DNA of 63,926 nt, counting the filler, from Chrysochromulina tobinii (taxonomy: Eukaryota), in the NCBI GenBank assembly GCA_001275005.1. It is 6 parts of 6 records of this genome, joined end to end, with 100 filler letters (N's around TTAATTAATTAA, not from the genome) between each part and the next. Parts side by side here need not be neighbours in the genome. Positions count along the whole stretch, not along the records: positions 50,230 to 54,467 come from JWZX01000906.1; positions 54,568 to 58,705 come from JWZX01000907.1; positions 58,806 to 62,364 come from JWZX01000908.1; positions 62,465 to 63,926 come from JWZX01000951.1; 2 more parts are not named here. One strand, 5' to 3'. Both the position numbers and the translations under genes were made by a program. Shown in pieces: positions 53,674 through 63,926 of the stretch. The stretch's first letter is position 1; the number at the start of each line of letters is the position of its first letter. The notes below the pieces were generated by a model, which did not search any database, was not told the DNA's origin, and saw nothing but the letters and a program-made list of their open reading frames with translations.

Positions 53674-54395
53674 TAGCACTCTAGCTGGTGTGGGCCGTCG
53701 CGTCGTCGTAGGCGCCCCGCCGCCCTTTTCTCTGCGTCCCTCGGCGTCCCTCGAAGTCCCTAGAGACGGCACGGGCTGATGGCTGTACTGAGGTCTGAAT
53801 GTGCTGATTGCTGAGGTTACACTTGCTGAGGGTTCACAAGGTCGGCGGTCTGAGGTGGCGGTTTCGGCGGTTAAAGGCCGGGGTCGCCTGTGCCAACATA
53901 AGACCCCATGGCAAAATGCCAGCTGCTGGCCATGGGCCTATCTTCCCGCGCCCACCGCTGCTGCTGTAGCTGCTGCTGCCGACGCTGATGATCTGCGTCG
54001 GCATTCTGATGCCAGCATGCGGCTTGGCCAGTGGCTTGGCCGCAGCTGGATGTGGCCAAGCCGCCTGCTGGATGCGTGCTGGCTCCTTCTGTACGGGCCT
54101 CCTCCCACTGCTCTAGGCTCTTTGCTTTCGAGCAGAGCTTGAGCTTTGCGCGCGCGAGATGCTGGTTGGAGAGGGTCCACGCATGCTCGTAGTGCTCAAT
54201 CCCGCCAATGACACTGCCTAGGTGCATCCACATCGTGGCCGTAGGTGCCGCCTCGAGCAAATGCATCGAGGGCAGCTTCGGCTCCCGATGTGCGAGCGCG
54301 AACAAGGGACTTCGAGGGACGCCGAGGGACGCAGAAAAAGGGCGGCGGGGCGCCTACGACGACGCGACGGCCCACAGTTTGTCCAGAGTGCTACC
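53674..54395. mobile_element. Second TIR-bounded unit (about 88-bp TIRs, 53674-53761 and 54305-54395) with an inverted copy of the same cargo
   Basis: Same GTAGCACTCT...GTGGGCCGTCGCGTCGTCGTAGGCGCCCCGCCGCC terminus at both ends, extended by CCCTCGGCGTCCCTCGAAGTCCCT. Confidence 0.5.
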
Positions 54396-54467
54396 GTTTG
54401 TCGTTTTCTTACTTTAGACACTTTAGTTCTCCAGACTCAAGCATGTAAGCCGTCGCCGCCGCCTCCA

Positions 54468-54567
54468 NNNNNNNNNNNNNNNNNNNNNNNNNNNNNNNNN
54501 NNNNNNNNNNNTTAATTAATTAANNNNNNNNNNNNNNNNNNNNNNNNNNNNNNNNNNNNNNNNNNNN
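54468..54567. other. Artificial contig spacer
   Basis: N-run with TTAATTAATTAA. Confidence 0.98.
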
Positions 54568-54800
54568 CGTATGCCTTCTGGGCCTGCACGTCGCGTGCGG
54601 CGCGCATCCGCTCCCGACGCGCAGGCGACCTTCGTGAATCGCCCGCCACCGCTAAAATCGTGCTAAAATCGGAAATTAGCAAATCACTGTCAAGTCAAGT
54701 CAATATCAAGTTCTCGAACCGCGAAACCGGCCGTTGACGGAGCTCGCGAGCACGCCAAACGACACACCGTGGGACGAAACTGCAGGACGAAACCTCGAAC

Positions 54801-55470
54801 ATGGTGATCGCGACCTTCTTCGTGGCACCTAGGGCTCCGACGTTCATCGCATCGACCACGCCAGGCTCCTGCGTGCCACGTTGCCGCATACGCCTCTGCG
54901 ACAGCGAGAGTCCGCGCGCCTCAATAGAGGCACCTGTCGCATTGAGCGCATTTGAGCAGTACTACCGCGCACAGCGCCTGCTGGGCGAGGACGAGCTCCC
55001 GGCCTTCTTTGAGCAGCTACGGCGGCCTTTGCCGCTCGACGTACGTGCGTCTGCTCGCGCGAGCCTGGCCTCCCGCGCGGTGAGCGCGTTGCAGCAGCTG
55101 CAGCAAGACGATGCCGTGCACGGCCGCGCGCTGCACTGGGCCGGCGAGGGCGTCTGGCAGTGGCCGGCATGCGCGCAGGAGTCTCGCCAGTTCCTGCACC
55201 AGCAGATGCTCCGAGGCGCGCTGCAACGGCAAGAGTCCGCGTCGATGCTGCCCGCGCTCGTGCTCGCGCCGCGCGCCTCGCACGCCGTGCTCGACATGTG
55301 CGCCGCTCCGGGGAGTAAGTCGATCCAGGCGATCGAGCTCATGGAGATCGACTGGGCGCTGGGCGAGGCGCTGGCGGAGGCGGAGGCCGAGGCGGCGGCG
55401 GCGGAGGAGGAGGAGGAGGAGGAGGAGGAGGCGGCGGCCGAGGCGGCGGCGGAGGCGGCGACGCGTTCGC
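54801..55470 (+). pseudogene. N-terminal part of an NSUN2/RsmB-NOL1-family RNA m5C methyltransferase, cut off after motif I (fragment or chimeric join; the ORF runs on to 56279)
   Basis: FEQYYRAQ, LRRPLPLDVR, RQESASMLPALVL, VLDMCAAPGSKS. Downstream AND, DxPC and TCS motifs are absent after the poly-E/A tract. Confidence 0.65.
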
Positions 55471-56647
55471 GCCGTGTCGAGCGTATGCGCCGTGTCGAGC
55501 GTGCGCGCCGTGTCGAGCGTTCACGCCGTCTGCTCCTCGACCAGGCAGCCGGCCTCCCTAATTTGGCAGCCGGCCTCCACGTACAGGCGACGCTCGCTTT
55601 TGGCGTCGTCGCCACGGCTCTCGCCTCTGCCGATGGGATCGTGACGGAGATCGTGACGGAGATCGAGCCCCCACGCAGGGGCATGGTACTTTGGGGAGTC
55701 GTACTTTGGGGGCACCCCTCGTGCTCCCTCCCGTGCTGCCCAACTCGGCGCTCAAGGCGTCCAACTCGGCGCTCGAGGCGCCCAACTCGGCGCTCACACC
55801 CGTCGTGCTCTCACCCGTGCTGCCCCCCTGCCTTCCCCCTGCCTTCCCCCTGCGCTCTCCGTACCACGATCAAAGGGGTCGACCCTCCTGTTGCACCGCC
55901 CCTTGCCCCTGATCCCCCGCTCAAGACGACGCTTCCGCCCGCGGCCACGTCGTGCTCGTCCCATATTAGGAAGTCATCGTCGGATGTGGCGGGGGACACG
56001 AGAGAGAGCGCCGCGTCGAGCGCTCGGGAGAGCGCCGCGGTTGGCATAAACGGCGCAACCAACGGCGGCGGCATCATGAGCTTTCCCGTGAGCGGCGGCC
56101 CGTGCAGCAGCGGCTCCTCGTGCCACGTGCCATGCAGCGGCTCATTAGTCCTCCGACCCTACAAGCAGCCGAGCGTCGACACCTCCGACATCACCCGTCG
56201 CATCGCGGAGGCGGTCGACTCGCCACTCGCGCTGCTTGCCTCGTGCGCTCCCGTCGCGCACTTATTCACGCAGATGTGAGCGCTCCTCATTTGACAGGCG
56301 CTCGCGCTCATTCACACCTCTTCACGCAGATGTTACGCTGATGTGAGCTAGCAGTCGAGTGAGCGCAGTGTGGAGCATGCGAGGCCCACGTGAGCGCACA
56401 CACGCCACACACGCGCGACGCACACACGCGCGACGCACTGTGGATCTACAGAGTACAGATCGAGAGTACAGATAGGAGTGTGACCGTGACGGGAGGGACC
56501 TGAGAGAGCGGAGCGTGTGACGACTGTCGTGCGGTGTATGTACATGTGGACAATGAAGACACACAAGAACTTTCAACTTAACTCACGTCCGGTCACATGT
56601 CTATAAGCCGCGTCGCGGGCCGGCCGTCGCCCGACTGGGCTTCGATC

Positions 56648-56739
56648 GGATCCCCACCGCTGGGCGGGATCACCTTCGGTACCGACGTTACACGGATCCC
56701 CACCGCTGGGCGGGATCACCTTCGGTACCGACGTTACAC
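56648..56739. repeat. Perfect 46-bp tandem duplication
   Basis: GGATCCCCACCGCTGGGCGGGATCACCTTCGGTACCGACGTTACAC occurs twice. Confidence 0.95.
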
Positions 56740-57285
56740 ATGTTGCTGCGACCCCTGCGAGAATAAGGCACAGTGCACGACAAATCGAATAGAAGCGTCC
56801 ATGGCATGGTCCATGGTCACGCCTAGGGACGAGCCCCTTTTCATGGACCTGTGGACGTGGTCGCTTCGGGAGGCGGCCAGGGGGTCGCGAGTGCAGCGCC
56901 CCGCTCCGCACCACTCAGAACGCGTGCCTCCCCCTCTCAAGCCGCATGCCCCCACTTCCCCCCATCTCCTCTCAACCATGCGCGCGGCCGCTCACACGAG
57001 GCATTCCGGAAACGCCGCGCATGCCGAACGCGGCCCCACATGCATGTGCGTGCGGCGGGCGCCCTCTCGCGCGAGGCCGTGTGTGGCGCCACCGGGGAGT
57101 GCGTGCTCGCGACGCCTGTGTCCCGCCGTCCGTTGGAGTGACCGAGCCCACGCCGCCGCGCGGGGCAACCCCGATGAGTCGGTCGCGGCTGATGCCTCCG
57201 GGGCATCGCACGGCGCGCGGCGGGCACACGCCAGAGAGAGATGTGGGGCCTGTTGGTCTTCCACGCAGCGCGCTCCAGAGCCGGC

Positions 57286-58705
57286 CTATGCGCGGGTGAC
57301 ATGAGTGTGCTCGCTGAAGGCCGATGGGTCGACGACGGTCGCTGATGGGATCGTGATCGACAAAAGCGAGGTGCAGCCGTCAAAGGCTTCCCTACCAATC
57401 TGCGTCACCGATGCGGGGAGCGTGATCGACGCGAGCGAGGCGCAGCCCTCAAAGGCCCACGCACCAATCTGCGTCACCGACTTGGGGATCGTGATTGACG
57501 CGAGCGATTTGCAGCCGTTAAAGGCGTACCCACCAATCTGCGTCACCGACTCAGGGAGCGTGATCGACGCGAGCGAGGTGCAGCCGGAAAAGGCGCCACT
57601 CAGCAATCTGCGTCACCGACTCGGGGATCGTGATCGACGCGAGCGAGGTGCAGAAGGAAAAGGCGCCCCCACCAATCTGCGTCACCGACGCGGGGATCGT
57701 GATCGACGCAAGCGAGGCGCAGTCGCGAAAGGCTTGATCACCAATCTGCGTCACCGACGCGGGGAGCGTGATCGACGCGAGCGAGGTGCAGTCGCGAAAG
57801 GTTTGATCACCAATCTGCGTCACTGACGCGGGGAGCGTGATCGACGCGAGCGAGGTGCAGCCGTGAAAGGATTGATCACCAATCTGCGTCACCGACTCGG
57901 GGAGCGTGATCGACGCGAGCGAGGTGCAGCCGTGAAAGGCGTGCGCATCAATCTGCGTCACCGACTCGGGGAGCGTGATCGACGCGAGCGAGGTGCAGCC
58001 GTGAAAGGCGTGCGCACCAATCTGCGTCACCGACGCGGGGAGCGTGATCGACGCGAGCGAGGTGCAGCCGTGAAAGGCGTTCACACCAATCTGCGTCACC
58101 GACGCGGGGAGCGTGATCGACGCGAGCGAGGTGCAGCCGTGAAAGGCGCGCTCACCAATCTGCGTCACCGACGCGGGGAGCGTGATCGACGCGAGCGAGG
58201 TGCAGCCTTGAAAGGCGCGCTCACCAATCTGCGTCACCGACGCGGGGAGCGTGATCGACGCGAGCGAGTCGCAGCGGAAAAAGGCATACCCACCAATCTG
58301 AGTGATCGACGCGGGGAGGTTCGCGACCGACTTGAGCGACTTGCAGTCTCGCATCGTGAGCTCTCGCAGCGCCGTCAGCCTCGCCACAGACGCCGGCAGC
58401 GCCTCCCCCTTCCACTTCACGCTCAGTTCCAGCCCGCCCACGCGCCCCTCCTCCTTGTCCGCCGTGAGCGCCCTGCCGAGCCCGTCCCGGCCGCCCTCCA
58501 TCCCCGCCAGCCACTCGGGATCCTCCAGGATCCACGCGTCCTCAAACGCCCCAATGAGCTCCACGTCTGTCGCCCCCGCCGCCACCATGCTCCGCACCGC
58601 CTCCCGGCGCAGCTCGCGCTCGCGCCCGCACGATTCGATGAGCTCCATCGCGCTGCGCACGATGCCGTAGATGGCGTGGCCGGGCAGCCCCTTGCGCGCG
58701 GTCAA
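57286..58705 (-). CDS. BspA/TpLRR (LRR_5)-type leucine-rich repeat protein, 14 x 23-aa (69-bp) repeats. 5'-truncated at the gap; 1-nt frameshift near 57600
   Basis: Consensus CTSLASITLPxSVTQIGxxAFxG; ORFs 57551-58705 and 57286-57606 overlap in different frames. Confidence 0.9.
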
Positions 58706-58805
58706 NNNNNNNNNNNNNNNNNNNNNNNNNNNNNNNNNNNNNNNNNNNNTTAATTAATTAANNNNNNNNNNNNNNNNNNNNNNNNNNNNNNNNNNNNNNN
58801 NNNNN
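58706..58805. other. Artificial contig spacer
   Basis: N-run with TTAATTAATTAA. Confidence 0.98.
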
Positions 58806-59887
58806 TGCCGCCTGCTGCCCTCGTGCGTCAGAACTCGGCTCTGTCCAGCTCGGCAGACAAGGAGCGGCCCGAGAGTCGGCATCGTCCCGAGGCGCCGGCT
58901 GCTCCACCGACTGGAGGCAAGTCGCCATCCGACAGCACTCGATCGGCCTCGACGACTCTGTCGATGCGCGAGCAGCTCGAGGAGCGACGCCGTCAACTGG
59001 AGGACCGTAAGGCTGACCGGATGGCCAAGCAGGCGCAGGTTGCATCCCCGCCGTCAGCGCCGCACGTCCTCGAGCGCGAGAACAGTGCGCTGGCCTCCTC
59101 AGCCAGCAAGGCTCGCCCCGAGAACGCCAAACGTCCGTCAGTGGTGTCCGCATGGCCGTTGCCATCGTTGCGGGCGTCGCTGCAGCGTGACAACTCAGCC
59201 CTTTACTCCAACGCCGATAAAGAGGGACCCGAGAAGAGGCCGAGCACTCCGCCCACACCGAGCTCGCTCCGGCGCCCGGTGCCGCCTCGGGCGCCCATCT
59301 CGGCGCCCTGGTTCTCGGGCGGTCACGACGGCGACAGCGAGATCGGCGGTAGCGAGGGCGGCGGCATCGAGGGCGGTGTCGGCGCATCGGCCCGCTCATC
59401 CACCAATAGCATCCAGTCCCAAAAGGAGGAGCTCGCCGAGCGTCGCCGCGCACTCGAGGCTCGTCAGGCGGCACGGCTGGCTGCAGAGGCGGCCGTGCTT
59501 GCCTCTGGTGGGTCCTCTTCGCACGCCTCGCCTACTGGAACCTCAGCAGCCGGCACTGCGGCCTTGGCGCCGCACGAGCTCAGCCGCGACAACAGCGCCC
59601 TCTTGTCTTCAGCGACCAAGGAGCGGCCCTCGCTGCCGACCTCCTCGGCCTCCTCCTCCGCCGCCTCCTCGGCCAAGCTCGACGAGATTGCGGAGCGCCG
59701 GCGCGTGCTTGCGGCTCGCAAGGCCGCGCGCGACGCCAGGGCCGCCGGTGGCGGCAGCGGCAGCGGCTCGATGCCACTAGCCGCTCTGCGGCGGCACAAC
59801 TCCGCCTTGGCCTCGGGAGCTTCGAAGGAGCGTCCGACGTCGAGACGCGAGGGAGAGGCGGATGTGGATGACGATCATGAGGCATGA
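58806..59887 (+). CDS. 3' part of a disordered protein with five LxRxNSALxSxAxKxRP repeats and three ERRRxLxxR helices
   Basis: ORF 58823-59887; motif repetition is seen only in this frame. Confidence 0.7.
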
Positions 59888-60704
59888 TGCTGCGTGCGGC
59901 TTGACGAAGCGTGACTGGTAGACCTTACTACGTACATCCGGCTGGTAAGGGGGCGGTCTCGTGTGAGGTGAGGAGGAAGGACCGTTGGGGCGGGCGGGCT
60001 CTGACTGAGAGACTAAGTGAGGGAAAGTGAGGAGCGCCGTCCTGTCTGTGGGGCTGGGGGTCGGCGAGTGACGAACGATGATGGCCAGAGTGTACAGATG
60101 AGACATGAGCGTAGCGTGTCCATGATGTGTTGAGCGCCTCGGGCTCGGCCATGATCCTGGGTTTCGCCCCGCGGCCAAGCGCCAACCCGCTGCACTTCGA
60201 TCTTCGTTGGGACCCGAGCTCGTACAAGTACAATCACTGGTTGTTATATGTTAAGGTTCGTACCGGACCCCGGTGTCGTTCATCATGCATGGTAGCAGCC
60301 CCCGCAAGAGACTCAGTGATTGAGGTTTACCTTTTATTTCGTGCGCGCTTGGGACTGGCGGCACTGGGGCCATGACTGGGGCGTCCAGTGACTTCTTTTG
60401 CGTTCCCTTCGGGGGCGCGCCAACGGGGCGCGTCTGCCGACAGTACTTACAACGCCGCTAAGCCCGAAGCCGCCACCACAGCCGCCGCCCGACCTCCGCG
60501 CCAAGCCCCCGCCTCTCTGCGCCCGCCTGCCGCAGGCGCTTGTGGAGGTAGGCTACCCCGCCGGCGCCGGCGGACCCGCCAGCCGAAGGCGCCGCCCGCC
60601 GCCGTACGGTACGTAGGCTCGTCGGCCGCTCGTCGCAGGGACGCAGGCGCCCGCCCACCGCTGGTGCCCCCGTAGGCCAGCCCGCCGCAGGCGCCCGGAG
60701 GCCA

Positions 60705-61135
60705 GCCGCCGCCCTCGCCGCCGCCATCGTCGCCGCCTCTACCATCGCTGCCTCCACCATCGCCGCCTCCACCATCGCCGCCACCATCACCATCGCCACA
60801 CCGTCGCCACCGCCACCATCACCACCGCCGTCACCAACGCCGCCTTCGCCGCCGCCATGCCAACCGACACCATCACCATAACCGTCGCCAGTGCCACCCT
60901 CACCGCCACCCTCACCGCCACCCTCGCCGCCGCCCTCGCCGCCGCCCTCGCCGCCACCCAGGCCGCCGCTGTCCTCGCCGTCCTCGCCGCTGTCCTCGCC
61001 GTCCTCGCCGCCGCCCTCGCCCGCTCGCCGCCACCGCCCTCGCCGCCACCGCCCTCGCCTCTTCCGCCCAAGCCTCCGCCCAAGCCTCCTCCGTCCACAC
61101 CGCCGCTCTCGCCGCCGCCGCCCTCGATCCACTCG
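60705..61135 (+). repeat. Pro/Ser (CCG/TCG) low-complexity tract with frame breaks, probably an extensin-like gene relic
   Basis: SPPP-type codon repeats without a continuous ORF. Confidence 0.55.
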
Positions 61136-61903
61136 TGAGCGCGGCCGGCGCGGTGCTTATCTTCCTTCCCAGGTACACCGAGATCTCTGAGACACTCAAG
61201 GCGCTCCGAGGTGCTGCGCCGTCTCGGCGGGCACAGGCTGCTGCTGCTGTCCCTCCATTCACTGCTTACCCGGTCATGTTTGCCGACTAACTGCGCGAAT
61301 TCCACCCTGCACTTCGCCTCGAAGGGTTCACGAAGGGCTCGGCCGCTAACTGCTCTCCTATGTTGGATGCTGGGTGCGATATCTCTCCGGGGGTTGAAGC
61401 TGTGGCTGCCTTGTCCGTTGTCCTATGGCAATGCCGCTTTTTACCTCGACCAATGTCGAGAAATGGCGGCGAAGGGCTCCACGTTGTGTGCAGCGGCCGG
61501 CCTTGGGCCGCGGCGGGCGCCGCCCGCGCTGGTATGAAACCCATTATCGTATGATGTATAGCTCGATGGGTACCCCGAGGATGGCACCTTATATCCATAG
61601 TGATGCCCGGAGCGAGGATGGCGCTTCATCGCGTTTGGCTGTAAAATAGTCCGTGTAGCCGCTGGGTCAAAACGCGTCAACTTTGAGAATTGAACAAACT
61701 TTAACTTGGTCGTTACTATTTTATCTCAATCTCAAATTCATCAGTACGAATCGATCGACGCCGCCTCGTGCCTCGTCCACGACGAGCGTACGCACAATCG
61801 CAGCGCAGGTCCCCCGGCGTACCCCACCGCACTACCAGCTACTAGTACGGTACTTGGCTAGTACCAGGCATCCAAGCATCCCGACCAGCACCACACTAAA
61901 TTA

Positions 61904-62364
61904 AGACCCCCCGCCCTCCTATACCCGGGGCAGGTGGGCGGGGGTGTTATCGAGTTTGGGTGGGTTTGTTTTTCAGGATACGTCGACAGGATACGTATCC
62001 TGATCTTGTATAACGTAATCTTGACATTTTGGCATGTATTTTGACAATGTAAAACATCATGTATCCCAAAGAAGTCACGGATACATTTGGGATACATGTC
62101 AGATACATCAAGATATATGTATCTTGGGCGCTTCCTTGATGGTGTTACTTCTATACCAGAACTACCAGGAGGACATGCGGCGCGTGCGATTTCACTTCAG
62201 GATGTGTGATTATTCGCAGGTAGGTATGAATTCATAGGTTTCTGTGAAATCACACACCCACCTGCGAAGTCACAGGACCCCTCAAACCCTAATGTGGGAT
62301 GACCCGCAGCTGGGACGACCCAGTCAAAACTGGGACAACCCAGTAAACTCAGGACAACCTACCC
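61904..62364. mobile_element. AT-rich probable DNA-transposon/MITE end with multiple GATAC/GTATC and GGGAC(G/A)ACCCAG subterminal motifs, running into the gap
   Basis: Abrupt GC drop; several GATAC(A/G)T / ATGTATC motifs in both orientations at 61975-62125; the assembly breaks immediately after. Confidence 0.4.
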
Positions 62365-62464
62365 NNNNNNNNNNNNNNNNNNNNNNNNNNNNNNNNNNNN
62401 NNNNNNNNTTAATTAATTAANNNNNNNNNNNNNNNNNNNNNNNNNNNNNNNNNNNNNNNNNNNN
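62365..62464. other. Artificial contig spacer
   Basis: N-run with TTAATTAATTAA. Confidence 0.98.
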
Positions 62465-63926
62465 AGGTGGGCCGCGCGTGTGCGCGCCGAGGCCGGCGAG
62501 AGCGCGGACGAGGTCGCGCCCGAGCCGCCGCCCATGGTGACCACGCCCAAAGGCAGGAAGCCGGCGACGCCGAAGGCGCCGAAGGCCCAGACGCCGGCGA
62601 ACCTCGTGGACAAGGACCTGTTCTACGTGCTCGCAGAGAACGACCTGATGCACTACGCCCCGCTCCTCGTCAAGGCCGGGGTGGTGACGAAACGGGCGTT
62701 CTTGAAGCACACGTGCGACGAGCTCTTCGAGTCGCTCACGCGCAAGCACGTCTGGCCGCACTTTAAGGCGTCGAGCGTCGAGGTCAAGGCCCTCGTTGCC
62801 ATCGGCCTGGAAGCACCGGCGACGATGACGCCGCCGAAACCCACGTGGGAGCAGGCGCTCGCGCCCGTCGCGCCGACTTCTACGGGCTCCTTCGGCGCCT
62901 CCTTCGGCGTCCCGAAGCCCGCAGCCGCCAAACCGGCTCCGCGCGTCTCGTTTGTCCCCGCGAGCGCCCCCCCGGGGCACCTGCCCGGTGCCTCGGAACC
63001 GATCCAGGTCTACGCGCGCGCACCACCGTCACCGTTGGTGCGCGACGTGGGCAACCCGATGCTCGGCGCCGTCGAAATGTCGCCGTACGTCAAGGCCCTC
63101 TTCGCGCGCGTCGCGGACTCGGAGCTCAAGCCCGAGATCTTCTGGAAACTCGCAGCGTCGCTTAACGGGCCGATGACGCAGGCGGCGATGGCCATCGACG
63201 ACTCCCCGGAGGACGGCGTCGGCGTTCTCGAGCTCATCCTCGCGGATAGGCTCGGCAACGGCATGGCTCTGAGCGAACTCAACATGCCCGACGATGGGCT
63301 GCGCCAGGTCAAGAACAGAGTGATCGCGTGGAGCCAGCCGTCGCCAACGGCCCAAGTGCCGCCGACTCCCGCCCCGCACGGCCGAGACGGCGAAGCGCAC
63401 GCCCCAGAGGCGAGCATGGCGTCATTCGCCGGCCTCGCCGCTGCGGCCGCGTCGGGCATGGGGCGCCAGCATGACGGCAAGACCGGCGAGGAAACTTCCG
63501 CGTCCGAGTCCCGTTTGCAGGAGGCTTACAAGGACGCCTCGGTGAAAAGCGCCATCTTCGACCTCCAGAGCGTCATGCTGTCGGAGGCGAAGGATGCTGA
63601 GAAGCTGGCCGCGTTCAAGCGCGAGGTCGAGCGCAACGCGAAGCTCGCGCCGGTCCTCGCGTCGGCTTTCCACCGGCGCCCGCAAGGTGCGTTCGCCATA
63701 ATGCCGCGCGCGATAGAGCTAGAAGCGGCGGTCCGAGATGTCATGTCCGGGGCGCGGCAGGCTATGCGCGCGACGGCCGAGGCGCTAGGGACGGTGCCGC
63801 CCCATGCCGAGGTCGACGCGCTCCTCAAGGCTGTCCAAGCTGCCCGCCTTCACGGCTGCTCCAACGGCCAGAACAATCTGTCCCTCAAGGTCCTCGCCGA
63901 CGCCGGGGCTAAGATCGACTGGCTGT
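62465..63926 (+). CDS. Stop-free ~487-codon frame (missing from the supplied ORF track), hypothetical protein with a possible SAM-like domain; open at both ends
   Basis: Manual translation from 62465: RWAARVRAE..MVTTPKG..DLFYVLAENDLMHYAPLLVKAGVVTKRAFLKHTCDELFESL..KVLADAGAKIDWL. No stop codon and strong GC3 bias. Confidence 0.7.

Larger units (their letters stand above)
52448..54467. repeat. Large inverted repeat: arms 52448-53151 and 53762-54467 (about 705 bp, diverged), 610-bp spacer
   Basis: Reverse-complement match by eye; mirrored ORFs 52494-53042(+) and 53871-54305(-) encode near-identical peptides. Confidence 0.92.

Noticed and set aside
57340..58320. Regular 69-bp repeats with variable segments as a CRISPR array
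   Set aside because: The units are in-frame 23-codon LRRs, the variable parts are only a few nt, there are no cas genes, and the context is eukaryotic.
62285..62293. AAACCCTAA as a telomere
   Set aside because: It is a single unit with no array.

Overview
High-GC (about 65-70% by eye) eukaryotic nuclear DNA, most consistent with a haptophyte alga (Chrysochromulina/Prymnesiales-like; inferred from GC content, GTGCGC-type donors, low-complexity expansions and gene content). The window is six assembly pieces joined by five artificial 100-nt N/TTAATTAATTAA spacers, so adjacency across those gaps is not evidence. It holds about 27 intron-poor genes or gene fragments. Recognisable ones are ARL6/BBS3, CTF18, PRP4 kinase, MFAP1, a MATE transporter, a DEAD-box helicase, an EHD-like GTPase, a patatin phospholipase, a Sec14/CRAL-TRIO protein, a flavoenzyme, EF-hand proteins and a BspA-type LRR protein. 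Three things stand out. (1) Introns in three unrelated genes share a near-identical 3' end, GAT(T/G)GCC(T/A)CCCTC(A/C)TCAG, and two of them begin with a 30-33-nt copy of the following exon, which suggests an intron-generating insertion mechanism with long target-site duplications. (2) A PHD-chromo-PHD-Tudor-like chromatin reader is fused to a PhyH-type 2OG-Fe(II) dioxygenase. (3) A nested fold-back/Pack-like element with 57-88-bp inverted termini carries a captured TPR-gene fragment. Other odd architectures are a double-RCC1-propeller plus pseudo-RasGAP, a DnaJ-PDZ-tandem tetraspanin, and EF-hand pairs alternating with 11-mer amphipathic repeats. I found no rRNA, tRNA or CRISPR array.
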